Positions 14,638-26,063 of a stretch of 52,982 nt of DNA are shown here, in pieces. This stretch comes from Nemertoderma westbladi (taxonomy: Eukaryota; Animalia; Xenacoelomorpha), in the NCBI GenBank assembly GCA_032718475.1, contig JAUCBJ010008755.1:1-52982 (forward strand), given 5' to 3'. The number at the start of each line of letters is the position of its first letter. The first letter of the stretch is position 1. Made by a program: the position numbers and the translations under genes. Under the pieces are notes generated by a model. It had not been told where the DNA came from. It searched no databases and saw only the letters and a program-made list of their open reading frames with translations.

Positions 14638-14915
14638 CTCATATCCTATATAATTATCAGCTTATGAGGTTTTGCTGGAATATATTCGTCTATATTTAGT
14701 AGATTTCGGTAGTTAAATTCGGAAATGATTCTCGGTGTTATACCTATTAGAACAATAATTTAATAATTTTAATTTAAAAATAAAGTTACAATTAAAATAA
14801 AGTTATAATGACAATGACGATGAGATGGACTGATCTGATTAGAAAGTAATTTGTAATATAAAATCAAATTAATAACCTTATAATATATTATATTTACATT
14901 CCACTATACTATTTC

Positions 14916-15176
14916 CTAACTGTCTTTATGTTTTTTTCTAGTTAGTAATTTAACTAAGTGGCTCTGGTTAGTTTTATTCAATAATTCACAGAATACAATA
15001 AAGTCATCATAAGGTCTCCTTTTAATGGCTTCTATTAGTTCGCTGTTCCTTTGTAAACCAGTCGGCTGATATTTGATCTGCTCAATAAGATTTTCAGTAA
15101 GAATATTTCTACTTCTCAATAGCGGTAACAATTCACTCAGCTCCATGTTATAAACCAGTTCAACTTTATTCCTCAT
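14916..15176 (-). CDS. CARD (death-fold) domain, probably the frameshifted C-terminus of the adjacent ROCO gene
   Basis: RNKVELVYNMELSELLPLLRSRNILTENLIEQI...RRPYDDFIVFCELLNKTNQSHLVKLL fits the caspase-2/RAIDD-type CARD pattern. It overlaps the upstream ORF stop (ATGA at 15176-15173). Confidence 0.75.
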   Translation of the reverse strand: MRNKVELVYNMELSELLPLLRSRNILTENLIEQIKYQPTGLQRNSELIEAIKRRPYDDFIVFCELLNKTNQSHLVKLLTRKKHKDS

Positions 15177-18100
15177 AAGAATATTTTCACATCAATGTTT
15201 CCTTTTATCATATCTACTAAATGTTGTTGGTTTGTTTGTGTTAAACTATCCATAAATACTTCCATAACGAACTCTGATTTCCCTTTCAGAGATTCTATAA
15301 TGGCTCGGCTCTTTAGTATTTTCGTTTCTCGTGTTTCTATAAACTGAATCTGATCATTGTTTAGTATAAAACTTTTTTCGATATATAGTAATAACTCAGT
15401 TGGTTCAAGTTTTTCTTCAATTTTTTTTGTTTCAATTTTTAAATATTCCTGATCCTTCGATTTAACTAAAAACCAAGTTTTATATTCCTGAGTTTCTATA
15501 CTTGCATTATTCTCACAGGTAATTATTGGTTTACTCAAACAATCTGATAGTAGAATAAAGTGGATACAGGATTCATTGTGGCATTTATATAGACCATGCC
15601 TTTCACATTTATATGAACAAGGACATGTTACTTTCAATTGAAAATCAACAATATTGTTCATTTTTCCAGCTGATATAAGTTCTCCCAAGCTGTCAACAAT
15701 GTAATCTTTTACTCTGTTTGCAAAATCAGAATCTGGAGGACTTATAAAATTTTCGTTGCAATCAATATTATCTTTAGGTTTCATAAGAACTTTTCTTACA
15801 ATTTGAACTTTTATTCTAGAATAATGCCTTGGAGACACATATAGAATTATATCGTGATCAACATCACAGTATATAACTACAGACCGGTAGTAAAGATTTG
15901 GTTCAGATGTAATATCTCCAATGAGATACGACCATTCTATAAGGCGTTTTACCAGTCGATAAAATAGACCCTCAGGTAAAAAACCATTAAATGCAATAAA
16001 AAATTCAATATCATTTGCTTTAATAGGGTAAATAGGCTGATTGGCATTTTTAAGTCTACAAGGTACATAATATGATTTATTCATTTTTGACTTTTTTAAC
16101 AATGTTTCTGATTCGTCTCCATTACCTGGCACAGTTTCTCCTATTCTTTCACATATTAAATCAAAACGCTCTAGGATTTTTAACATAAAATTTTTTTTGA
16201 GTCCCATATTACCCCAGATATCGTCCAGTAGATCCCAGTGAAATATACCCTTGTCATCCAAATCCTCAAAATATTTCAAATTTTTCCAATTGATATGTTC
16301 TTTGACTGTAATAATACTGGCAAACATTGAACTTAACCACTCTGGTTTCAATATAATTGTATCACGCAACGATTCTTCATCAAAATAGATAATTCTACCT
16401 CTATCATGGTAAAATTCTAACATTGTCTTTAAACCGGGGTATTCAAATTCTACTTTTATTTCCTTTAACTTACATTCTAAATCTATAATATCAATATATA
16501 CGTCATCATTTTTAAGTAATTGAGTTACAAGTTTTTCAAATTTTAAATAATCCAAAGGAATTTCCTCCTTAAATTTGTCCATTTCTTTAACAATTTCTTG
16601 CTGTAAGTTTTGAAGTTCTTCATCTGAATCCGATCTTGCCTCTTTGCTATTTTCCACAGCAAATGCTTCTTTAACTAAAATATTGCAATGCAATGTGGTC
16701 TTTAATAGTCGGAAAATTTCTTTAAACTTTTTACGAGCTAAAATGTTCTGAGTTTCTGGATCTTCATGCAAACTGGCTTTCTTTGTTCCAACTAAGAATA
16801 CTGGAGGACCAGAAATGTTTGCGCCACTTTCTGAATTATTTTTACCAAATGTAAATATATTACGCAACCAAAAATCAATAAATTCTATATTAGTCATCTC
16901 GCTATATATCTTATTTATATTCTCTTCATCGGCTCTGAATATAATGTTGGCTGTTTTATCAGCATCTTGGGTAAGATCAAAAACAACTATATAAATAGCC
17001 CGTCTACTTAAAAACATCTGATGGGTTGTGTAATAAATACATTGGCCACCAAAATCAACTATCTGTAGAGAAAAGCGACTGTCTTCCTCATTAAATCTAG
17101 CCAGAATATCTTGAGGTTTACCAGATAACAATATATCCTCTATACCTTTTGTGACTTCTGAAGGGATATCATATTTATTGCCCTCAAATTTTGATTCATG
17201 TGGCGTTACGATTTTTCCGCTATCAGATATATTTCCTCTTTCGCTATCTACTGAAATATCTTCTCTAATTTCCTTGCTGCTTTCTATTTTAACAGGCTTA
17301 TCATAAGAACTGGTGCTTTTATTCATGTCTCTATCGCTATTTTCACCAGATATTACTGATAAAGTTGACTGGATGCCATCAGTGTATATTTTTTCACTGT
17401 CCACATTAGAAGCATCTTCTTGAACTTTGAATTCTAGAACACTTTTTGCAACTTTCTTTGCAACAGCATTATCTGGATCAGCCTCTAAAATATCAACATT
17501 CTTTAAATTAGTCCAGTCTGTGTGTTTATCAGTATCTATAACACAATTAGCCACTGAATCAATACCATCTGTTATTGGTTCATTAATATTAAACGGTTGA
17601 CCAATAAGGGCTTTCTTCAAACTCGTTTTACCAGCCCTCTCTTGTCCGACTAACATTAACCGGGTTTTCAATATCCATGTAGTCCCTTTAGAAAGAGCTG
17701 CTTTATAAGCAGCCAATGCTTCTGGGCCTCTCGCCAGTATCTCTATCGGCAGTTTTTGTTCTTTTATATAATTAATTAAAATTTTTGGAAGTTTCATTCT
17801 ATTTGATCCACTTATATTCATAATCATAAGTCCCATGTCTCTGAATTTATTAACAATTTCTATTGTTGAAACTTCATTTAAACCCCAAATACTAACCAGA
17901 TTCTGGGTCGTTAACTCAGAAATATTTGCATCCAGTCTAAAGTAAAGTTCTTTCTCTTTATCTGAAAGAACATCAACAGTTGATATAATTATATCAGTTA
18001 TCTTACCCTGGAATGGTTTATTTATGGGACCAACCCATCCAATATACTCAACAATTTCCTTTAATTCTTCAGTTTTCTCCAATATATTTTCCACCTGTTC

Positions 18101-18220
18101 GATACTTTTCGTTCTTTCAGTTTGATCTTTACGGAACGTATCAATTACTGTAATTGTGCCGCCAACATCTCCTGTATAAAGTATAATTATTGTTAAGATG
18201 TCTTTCCACTGAGTTGACAT
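15173..18220 (-). CDS. ROCO-family protein: Apaf-1-like winged-helix remnant + Roc GTPase + COR + CARD
   Basis: Roc motifs: LMLVGQERAGKTSL (G1), TDG (G2), IVDFGGQ (G3), YYTTHQMFL, VFLVGTK (G4), FAVEN (G5). COR motifs: FYHDRGRIIYF, IILKPEWL, LERFDLI, YYVPCRL, FLPEGLFYRL. The final ~90 aa are CARD-like (…FMDSLTQTNQQHLVDMI). No introns across 3 kb. Confidence 0.88.
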   Translation of the reverse strand: MSTQWKDILTIIILYTGDVGGTITVIDTFRKDQTERTKSIEQVENILEKTEELKEIVEYIGWVGPINKPFQGKITDIIISTVDVLSDKEKELYFRLDANISELTTQNLVSIWGLNEVSTIEIVNKFRDMGLMIMNISGSNRMKLPKILINYIKEQKLPIEILARGPEALAAYKAALSKGTTWILKTRLMLVGQERAGKTSLKKALIGQPFNINEPITDGIDSVANCVIDTDKHTDWTNLKNVDILEADPDNAVAKKVAKSVLEFKVQEDASNVDSEKIYTDGIQSTLSVISGENSDRDMNKSTSSYDKPVKIESSKEIREDISVDSERGNISDSGKIVTPHESKFEGNKYDIPSEVTKGIEDILLSGKPQDILARFNEEDSRFSLQIVDFGGQCIYYTTHQMFLSRRAIYIVVFDLTQDADKTANIIFRADEENINKIYSEMTNIEFIDFWLRNIFTFGKNNSESGANISGPPVFLVGTKKASLHEDPETQNILARKKFKEIFRLLKTTLHCNILVKEAFAVENSKEARSDSDEELQNLQQEIVKEMDKFKEEIPLDYLKFEKLVTQLLKNDDVYIDIIDLECKLKEIKVEFEYPGLKTMLEFYHDRGRIIYFDEESLRDTIILKPEWLSSMFASIITVKEHINWKNLKYFEDLDDKGIFHWDLLDDIWGNMGLKKNFMLKILERFDLICERIGETVPGNGDESETLLKKSKMNKSYYVPCRLKNANQPIYPIKANDIEFFIAFNGFLPEGLFYRLVKRLIEWSYLIGDITSEPNLYYRSVVIYCDVDHDIILYVSPRHYSRIKVQIVRKVLMKPKDNIDCNENFISPPDSDFANRVKDYIVDSLGELISAGKMNNIVDFQLKVTCPCSYKCERHGLYKCHNESCIHFILLSDCLSKPIITCENNASIETQEYKTWFLVKSKDQEYLKIETKKIEEKLEPTELLLYIEKSFILNNDQIQFIETRETKILKSRAIIESLKGKSEFVMEVFMDSLTQTNQQHLVDMIKGNIDVKIFL

Positions 18221-18539
18221 CCAATATTACGATGAAAAATTCTGGGTTGGAGCAAGTTAAATTTTATTAATCAAGTTACAAATATAATTATAAATATATT
18301 TCGATAGGCTCTCCAATATGCACCTACGGTCCCTATACGTTTCCCTGCCTATGTCTTCTGTTTTTTGGTTACAACATTTATTCTGTTTTTAGTGCAATTT
18401 TCAACAGATAACAAGTCGTACATTACGTTAGTCAATTCTGAAATTTATATTAGAATTTGTACTTTATTGATAATGATAGCGCTGAGCTACAGAAATATAT
18501 TTATAATAATATTTGAAATTTGATTAAAATATTTAAAAC

Positions 18540-18710
18540 TTTCTTATAGCATTATATATATATATTATATAGCATTATTGCTATATTATTATATATTAAT
18601 TATATTATTATTATTATTATATTAATTATATATTATTATAGTATTATTATAGCATTATATATAGCATTATATATATATATTATATATATTATATAGCATT
18701 ATTATTATTG
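18540..18710. repeat. AT-rich microsatellite/low complexity
   Basis: (TA)n/(TTA)n with recurring tatagcattat. Confidence 0.85.
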
Positions 18711-18750
18711 CAAAAAAAAGGTATATAAAAGGATTATTGCAATGATAAAT

Positions 18751-18806
18751 GGGACAATAGGCGAGACAATAGGCGGGATAATAGGCGGGACAATAGGCGG
18801 GACAAT
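18751..18806. repeat. 12-bp tandem repeat, 4-5 copies
   Basis: gggacaataggc repeated. Confidence 0.85.
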
Positions 18807-18885
18807 TGGATGGTTAAAATTACAAAAATAAGTTTTTTGCAATATTTCTGAGCCGAAGTATGAAGCTGAAATACAATATCTCACT

Positions 18886-20870
18886 GATACTGTATACTGT
18901 TAATATAAACAACTACCCGCGATACTGTATACTGTTAATATAAACAACTACCCGCGATACTGTATACTGTTAATATAAACAACTACCCGCGATATTGTAT
19001 ACTGTTAATATAAACAACTACCCGCGATACTGTATACTGTTAATATAAACAACTACCCGCGATAATGTATACTGTTAATATAAACAACTACCCGCGATAC
19101 TGTATACTGTTAATATAAACAACTACCCGTGATACTGTATACTGTTAATATAAACAACTACCCGCGATACTGTATACTGTTAATATAAACAACTATACCC
19201 GCGATACTGTTAATATATACAACTACCCGCGATACTGTATACTGTTAATATAAACAACTACCCGCGATACTGTAAACTGTTAATATAAACAACTACCCGC
19301 GATACTGTATACTGTTAATATAAACAACTACCCGCGATACTGTATACTGTTAATATAAACAACTACCCGCGATACTGTATACTGTTAATATAAACAACTA
19401 CCCGCGATACTGTATACTGCTACTACAAAACAACTACCCGCGATACTGTATACTGTTAATATAAACAACTACCCGCGATACTGTATACTGTTAATATAAA
19501 CAACTACCCGCGATACTGTATACTGTTAATATAAACAACTACCCGCGATACTGTATACTGTTAATATAAACAACTACCCGCGATACTGTATACTGTTAAT
19601 ATAAACAACTACCCGCCATACTGTATACTGTTAATATAATAAACTACCCGCGATACTGTATACTGTTAATATAATAAACTATCCGCGATACTGTATATAC
19701 TGTTAATATAAACAACTACCCGCGATACTGTATACTGTTAATATAAACAACTACCCGCGATACTGTTAATATAAACGACTACCCGCAATACTGTATACTG
19801 TTAATATAAACAACTATACCCGCGATACTGTATACTGTTAATATAAACAACTACCCGCGATACTGTATACTGTTAATATAAACAACTACCCGCGATACTG
19901 TATACTGTTAATATAAACAACTACCCGCGATATTGTATACTGTTAATATAAACAACTACCCGCGATACTGTATACTGTTAATATAAACATCTACCCGCCA
20001 TACTGTATACTGTTAATATAATAAACTACCCGTGATACTGTATATACTGTTAATATAAACAACTACCCGCGATACTGTATACTGTTAATATAATAAACTA
20101 CCCGCGATACTGTATACTGTTAATATAAACAACTACCCGCGATACTGTTAATATAAACGACTACCCGCGATACTGTATACTGTTAATATAAACAACTATA
20201 CCCGCGATACTGTATATACTGTTAATATAAACAACTACCCGCGATACTGTATACTGTTAATATAATAAACTACCCGCGATACTGTATACTGTTAATATAA
20301 ACAACTACCCGCGATACTGTTAATATAAACGACTACCCGCGATACTGTATACTGTTAATATAAACAACTATACCCGCGATACTGTATACTGTTAATATAA
20401 ACAACTACCCGCGATACTGTATACTGTTAATATAAACAACTACCCGCGATACTGTATACTGTTAATATAATAAACAACTACCCGCGATACTGTATACTGT
20501 TAATATAAACAACTACCCGCGATACTGTATACTGTTAATATAAACAACTACCCGCGATACTGTATACTGTTAATATAAACAACTACCCGCGATACTGTAT
20601 ACTGTTAATATAAACAACTACCCGCGATACTGTATACTGTTAATATAAACAACTACCCGCGATACTGTATACTGTTACTACAAACAACTACCCGCGATAC
20701 TGTATACTGTTAATATAAACAACTAACCGCGATATTGTATACTGTTAATATAAACAACTACCCGCGATACTGTATACTGTTAATATAAACAACTACCCGC
20801 CATACTGTATACTGTTAATATAAACAACTACCCAGATACTGTATACTGTTAATATAAACAACTACCCGCG
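18886..20870. repeat. 35-bp minisatellite, about 57 copies
   Basis: Unit gatactgtatactgttaatataaacaactacccgc, with small indel variants. Confidence 0.98.
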
Positions 20871-21509
20871 AGATGTGGTCGAGAATAGTCTCCAACACTC
20901 CGCTAGCTCCAACAGTAGCACCCAAACCTACTGACGATACTTATTGTGTTATACGATTTGTACCAACAGTCTCCAAAGCTATAAAAACAATCCTTGATCA
21001 GATTGGATTGCAAAGTGTTTTGGTTAGAAAGGCCTGCCACTGTAACCTGCTCCTTTCCGTTAATTAAGAAATCTAGGAAGAAAACTGGGGGTGTTCTCAG
21101 CCTAGACTGAGAAGACTGGGGAGTCATATTTGGTGGGGAGTTATCTCAGCCTGTTACATCGGACAAACTACCAATTAAGGGGGGGGGGGGGGGGGGGGGG
21201 GGTACAGCATTTTCGGACAACTCTTCGATTTATCACTCTCAGCGTTTCAAAATTGTTTGGTTTTGGCTAAAATTTGGGATATAGGTGCCTAAGATGCTCT
21301 TCTACATGACAGGTCAGAAATTTTTTTTTTTCGCTTTTTAATATTAGTTAATACTAGTTAACAACAACAATAACTTGGTTGCGCTTTAAAACCCTAAGAC
21401 TTTTACAGTTTTGAACCTAATCACATGAAAGTTTTTTTAAAATGAAATATGATGATAATAATACATAATTTAATATGATGATGGGGTGATGATAACTCCA
21501 CCTACTGAC

Positions 21510-21681
21510 TCCAGAAGTCGAGGAAATCCTGCCAAGTACCTAACTGATCTAGACATTGCTGATGACCTAGGAGTACTCTCAGAATCACTAGAGGGAGGGA
21601 GCCCAACGGCTCCTCAGCTCATTAGAACATGCTGCTTCTAGTGTTGGTCTTTTTATTAACTCCAGAAAGACCAAAATTCTG
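21510..21681 (+). mobile_element. Non-LTR retrotransposon (RTE-like) reverse transcriptase fragment
   Basis: Translates as SRSRGNPAKYLTDLDIADDLGVLSESLE/(frameshift)AQRLLSSLEHAASSVGLFINSRKTKIL, i.e. the xADD catalytic motif and the GLxINxxKTK motif. Confidence 0.8.
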
Positions 21682-24600
21682 ACAGTTAACTTTGAAAGTC
21701 CTCAGCAAGTCTCTGATCGGATGAGCATAAGCTCAAATGTTAGCGTATTCAATTCCACTAACCACCCCACAAAAGTTAGCTTTAAGCAATATTGGGAATA
21801 TATGAACATATGTGAATAATATAAATTATTCCCTCCCCATTACACACCCAACCACAAAAAATATATTAATTATAATATACAAAATATTTATATATCAATT
21901 AATTATTTAACCGATTATTAAAATTTTTTTTTTGCTAATTCAATTAATTAAACTCCAAACAAACAAATCACGAAAACCTAACCCTTAAGACATCTTATGG
22001 TTAGCGATACATGACAATGTCAGTTATTCATTAAGACCGCCACCAATGGAACTTGAGAGGAATAAAAATCACTGATACCGAAATGAGAAATTTCCCAAAA
22101 TTACATAGCAGACCCTACCGGTACTGACAGGTCAATAAATGCTGAAAACAAGCAGTCTGACAGACAGACGATCATATAGCACAATCATTGACGCCTTTAA
22201 ACAAACCGCTGTACCGGGTATATCTTTTGCGTATAGGTATAGCCTATATAGAGGCTACATGAAGGTAGGTGTAGCCTAGATGTAGATGCACGTGTAGGGT
22301 GAATGTAGGTAGGTGCAGTCCCATAGATATTAATGTAATTTATGTGTAACTTGCAGTAACGTGATACACGGTCGTCAATCAGGATGTATGGCAATAATCT
22401 CTGATCCCCACGGTACAATACGGTACATCAACCTGCATACCTGTCTGCTGTCAGACAACAGGTTTTACTGCATACTGCAGTACTGTATAAATATCAAACA
22501 TCGCGTTTTGATTATACTGAAGTCCCTTACTCGTCATAAATATTAGGCCCTAATAAATTTGAGTCTGCTAACGCCACGAAAGGCATCGTTCCATTAGATG
22601 AACTCATTTGATTTGTATGTTTATTGAGTAAGAGTAACCTAAACAAACAGCCATCATCGCGGGGACTATAGTCTACCAGAAACCCTGACCATTCACACGA
22701 GGTTGATTGCTATCACCCCAACAAATGGGAAGGAGAAAACCCCAGAGAACACACACACAATGGGGGTCAGGGGTTACACCTCTGAGAGAGAGGGAATAGC
22801 AGCAGCAAAGGGAAACACTCCCAGGGAGGTGAAAGGGCGACAATTAGGTTATCAGCCAATAGGGGGCAAGCATCGACTGAGTAACGCAATATGGCCAACC
22901 GGTGCAATATATTACCAGTAACCGTGATATTCATTCACTTTAGTTAGTCAGTTAGTTAGGGCAGTACGGGAACTCTTAACACCGTCCTCGACCACTGCCA
23001 TCATTATCATTCAGTCATTGCCAAACATACCGGTACCTTACTCATTTGATCTGTGCTTATACTTTAACTAGTCATATTATACATACCAAGAACAATAAGA
23101 CTTTCAATTAGAACTTCTTTCACATACACACGGCGGGGACGCGTAGTTAAGATAACCGGATAAACCGGGATCCTCAGTGGATCCTGTCACAGTGTTAAGA
23201 ACCAGCAGCTGCCCGATACCGCGATAGTGATAAACTCTAACTGCCAGATAGAGACTAAAGATAAGATGAGTCGAGAAGGAGAAATGACACCGCCGCGGAC
23301 CCCGGACGGCGACCTAACGATCCGCGAGGCCGCGACGCGATGGTACACACCCACAACGCCGGACCCATCGATAACGGGTGATCCGGCAACCAAAGAGGAG
23401 GGGGGCCGCCTACAACGAGGAGACGAGTCGGGAGGAGAGAGAGATGAGTCGACACACGACGGCGGTCGACGTGCCAATGTCGCCGGCCAGCCACAGGCCA
23501 AGGGCGATGGACGGCCCACCGGAACGGTGACGGTGGGGCCGCCGGTACAACGCCGGACCCGGAGAGATAGAGGAGATGTCGGCAACGAGGATGTCAGGGT
23601 CAGCGATCGACTTCGACGGGCCTACGCCGCAACCCGGAAGCAACTGAGAGAAGCTGAAGGAGGGGCCAAGATAGATCAGGTAAAGTTGGACAAGCGGCTA
23701 GGTGAGTCGAACCGGCATTTGAACTATTTAATGCGTTTTGGGCAGGGAGAACTAGCCAGCGAGAGAGCGAGAGCGGTTGCCAGCAAACTGTTTGAACTAT
23801 GGGAAAGTAAGGGTATGGAGCCTAGTGTAGTGTAAATAGGGCCATACTTAGTCAATGCCCAGGGAATAAAATTAGTGGGTTGGAAGAGACCGCAGGAGGG
23901 CGAATCCGAGGTTGACCCCAAGGATTCGGTCTCGTCGGTCGGAGAGAATTCCGGGAGGTGGGGGAAAGTTAGTAGGACGGGAGGGCAGAGGGACTCCATC
24001 ACAACCGATAAGTCTGCTACATCCTCCGCAAAGGAAAGACGGGTGATGGCAATAGATCTGGCGTGCCAACGCGTGCCAGAGAGAAATAGAGAGACAATTA
24101 GAGGAGGGGAGTGCGTTATTAGAGAAGGAGAAAGAACTGGTTAGAGAGAATAGAGAGAGAGGTGGAACGTAAAGAGCGTGAGGTGGCGAGGGAGGCGAGA
24201 AGGCTTGAGAGAGTTGCGAGAGAGGCCGAGTTAGTCGATCAGAGTACGCGGGAGGACTTGGAGAGAGAGATAACAGGGAAGTGTGTGCGGGATGATATGC
24301 ACGCCCGATTGAGGGGGCTTATGCAATATCAAGCCAAACAGAAGCGCCGACTAGAACTGGCGCAGTTGGGGCTGTCAGAGAGCTAGGCTGGTTCGAGTAT
24401 TTACGAGGAGCCAGGAGCTAGGGGAACATTTATTAATACTTCACTTACAGGGACCGCACGACAGACCTAAGACTGGTGTGACCGTATGGGCAGGGGGGGG
24501 GGGGGGGTAATAATAATACAGTAGACAACGTTAATATTAATAGTACCGTAGTGGATAATTCTAATCAAACTTTCATTGCAGGAGATAATATTTTGTCCGA

Positions 24601-24871
24601 TAATAATAATTTAAATCTGAGCCATTCTAATTTACATAATAACCCAAATAATCTAAATAATAATCTGAATTCTAACTTACAAAATAATTCAAATAATATA
24701 ATTACGCAAAATAATTCAAATAATCTCATTTCGAACGAACAAAATAATTCCGTTTCTAATTTAGGTGTACAAAATAATTTAATTGAATTAGAAGATTTAA
24801 TTGATTTAACAAATGGGGTTGATAGTGGTGCTATTAATATGAGCGTGTCAAACGTGCATAACCCGGCAAGT

Positions 24872-25190
24872 GAGGGCCTGGTAGGCCATACAGTCAGTAG
24901 GCAGGAAGTGGCGGGGTTAAGCCAACCCGAAGGAGGCCTGGTAGGCCACGTAGTTAGTAGGCAGGAGGTGGCGGGGTTGAGCCAACCCGAAGGGGGCCTG
25001 GTAGGCCACGTAGTCAGTAGGCAGGAAGTGGCGGGGTTGAGCCAACACAAAGGGGGCCTGGTAGGCCACGTAGTCAGTAGGCAGGAAGTGGCGGGGTTGG
25101 GCCAACCCGAAGGGGGCCTGGTAGGCCACGTAGTTAGTAGGCAGGAGGTGGCGGGGTTGAGTCAACCCGAGAGGGGCCTGGTAGGCCATG
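24872..25190 (+). repeat. 60-bp in-frame tandem repeat (~5.3 copies) inside the BEL gag region
   Basis: Encodes GGLVGHVVSRQEVAGLSQPE. Confidence 0.95.
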
Positions 25191-26063
25191 CAGTAGTAGA
25201 GAGAAAGGCAGGGGTAAATAGACCCAGCCGCAGTAGAGACATAGTGTCGACTGGAGAGGGGTGTAGAAGTGAAGTAAGAGGTAGTGGAGTGATATGTGGC
25301 GAGTGGGGGGGGGGGGGGGGGGGGGGGCTACAGGAGCCCCACAACGAGAAGTTAGCAGCGAAAAAAGGGGGGCAGAGAGTGCCCCACAGGCGTCGACGGA
25401 TAATGTGTGGGCCGAATTAGGTAAACCGCAACACCCGGCAACGGAGAGTAATAAGAGATTAGAGATAAGAGATTAGAGACGAGAGAAAGAGATTGCGAGT
25501 ATCCCCAGCGGCGTGCAATCGAGCAGAGAGAGACAGGTTGACGTTGCGAGAGGGCGGACGAAGCGTCAAGCCCGATCAGAAGAGGGAAGAAGAACAGTGG
25601 AGTTTAACCGGGAGGTCGACGAGAGATCTCACGAGCGGGAATACTGCACTGTAGAGAGAAGAAGAGAAGAAAGTAGAAGAAGTGTCGCCGCGAATGACAG
25701 GAGAGCGAGGACGGATAGCAAGCCGTCGGTAGTCGAGATGGGAACGGAGAGTCAGTGGGGTCGAACTTCGGGAGATTGCCGTCGTCCCGGAGAAACGCAA
25801 CCTGGCGAGGCGCACTACGCGTCGAGAGAGGGGTATGCGATGTACCGGTGCGAGGACGAGAGCAGTAGAGGGGGTCGAAGAGAAATTTCCGGCAGGATCT
25901 ACCTACCGACTGAGAATGCTGTAGCCGTGGGGAGGATTATTCGAGAAGATTAAACTTCGATCCCGAGCGACACATACAGACTGCAGGACATACTGTAGGC
26001 CTTACTGCACATACTATAGGCCATGCTGGCAGAGATAATGTAGGCGATAGGATAGCGCGGACG

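Noticed and set aside
10806-14699. Long plus-strand ORFs (GSEFGWFTYR, VGSHIVVQSL, WLVHISWFRV repeats)
   Set aside because: They are by-products of a 30-bp unit lacking stops in several frames. No flanking splice or start context supports the plus strand.
15173-18220. Naming the gene LRRK2, DAPK1 or MFHAS1
   Set aside because: No kinase, LRR or ankyrin domain is visible, so only a family-level ROCO call is supportable
20873-21067. Possible Penelope-like fragment (YCVIRFVPTVSKAIKTILDQIGL)
   Set aside because: The resemblance to the pre-GIY-YIG region is short and lacks catalytic motifs, so it cannot be supported without a search
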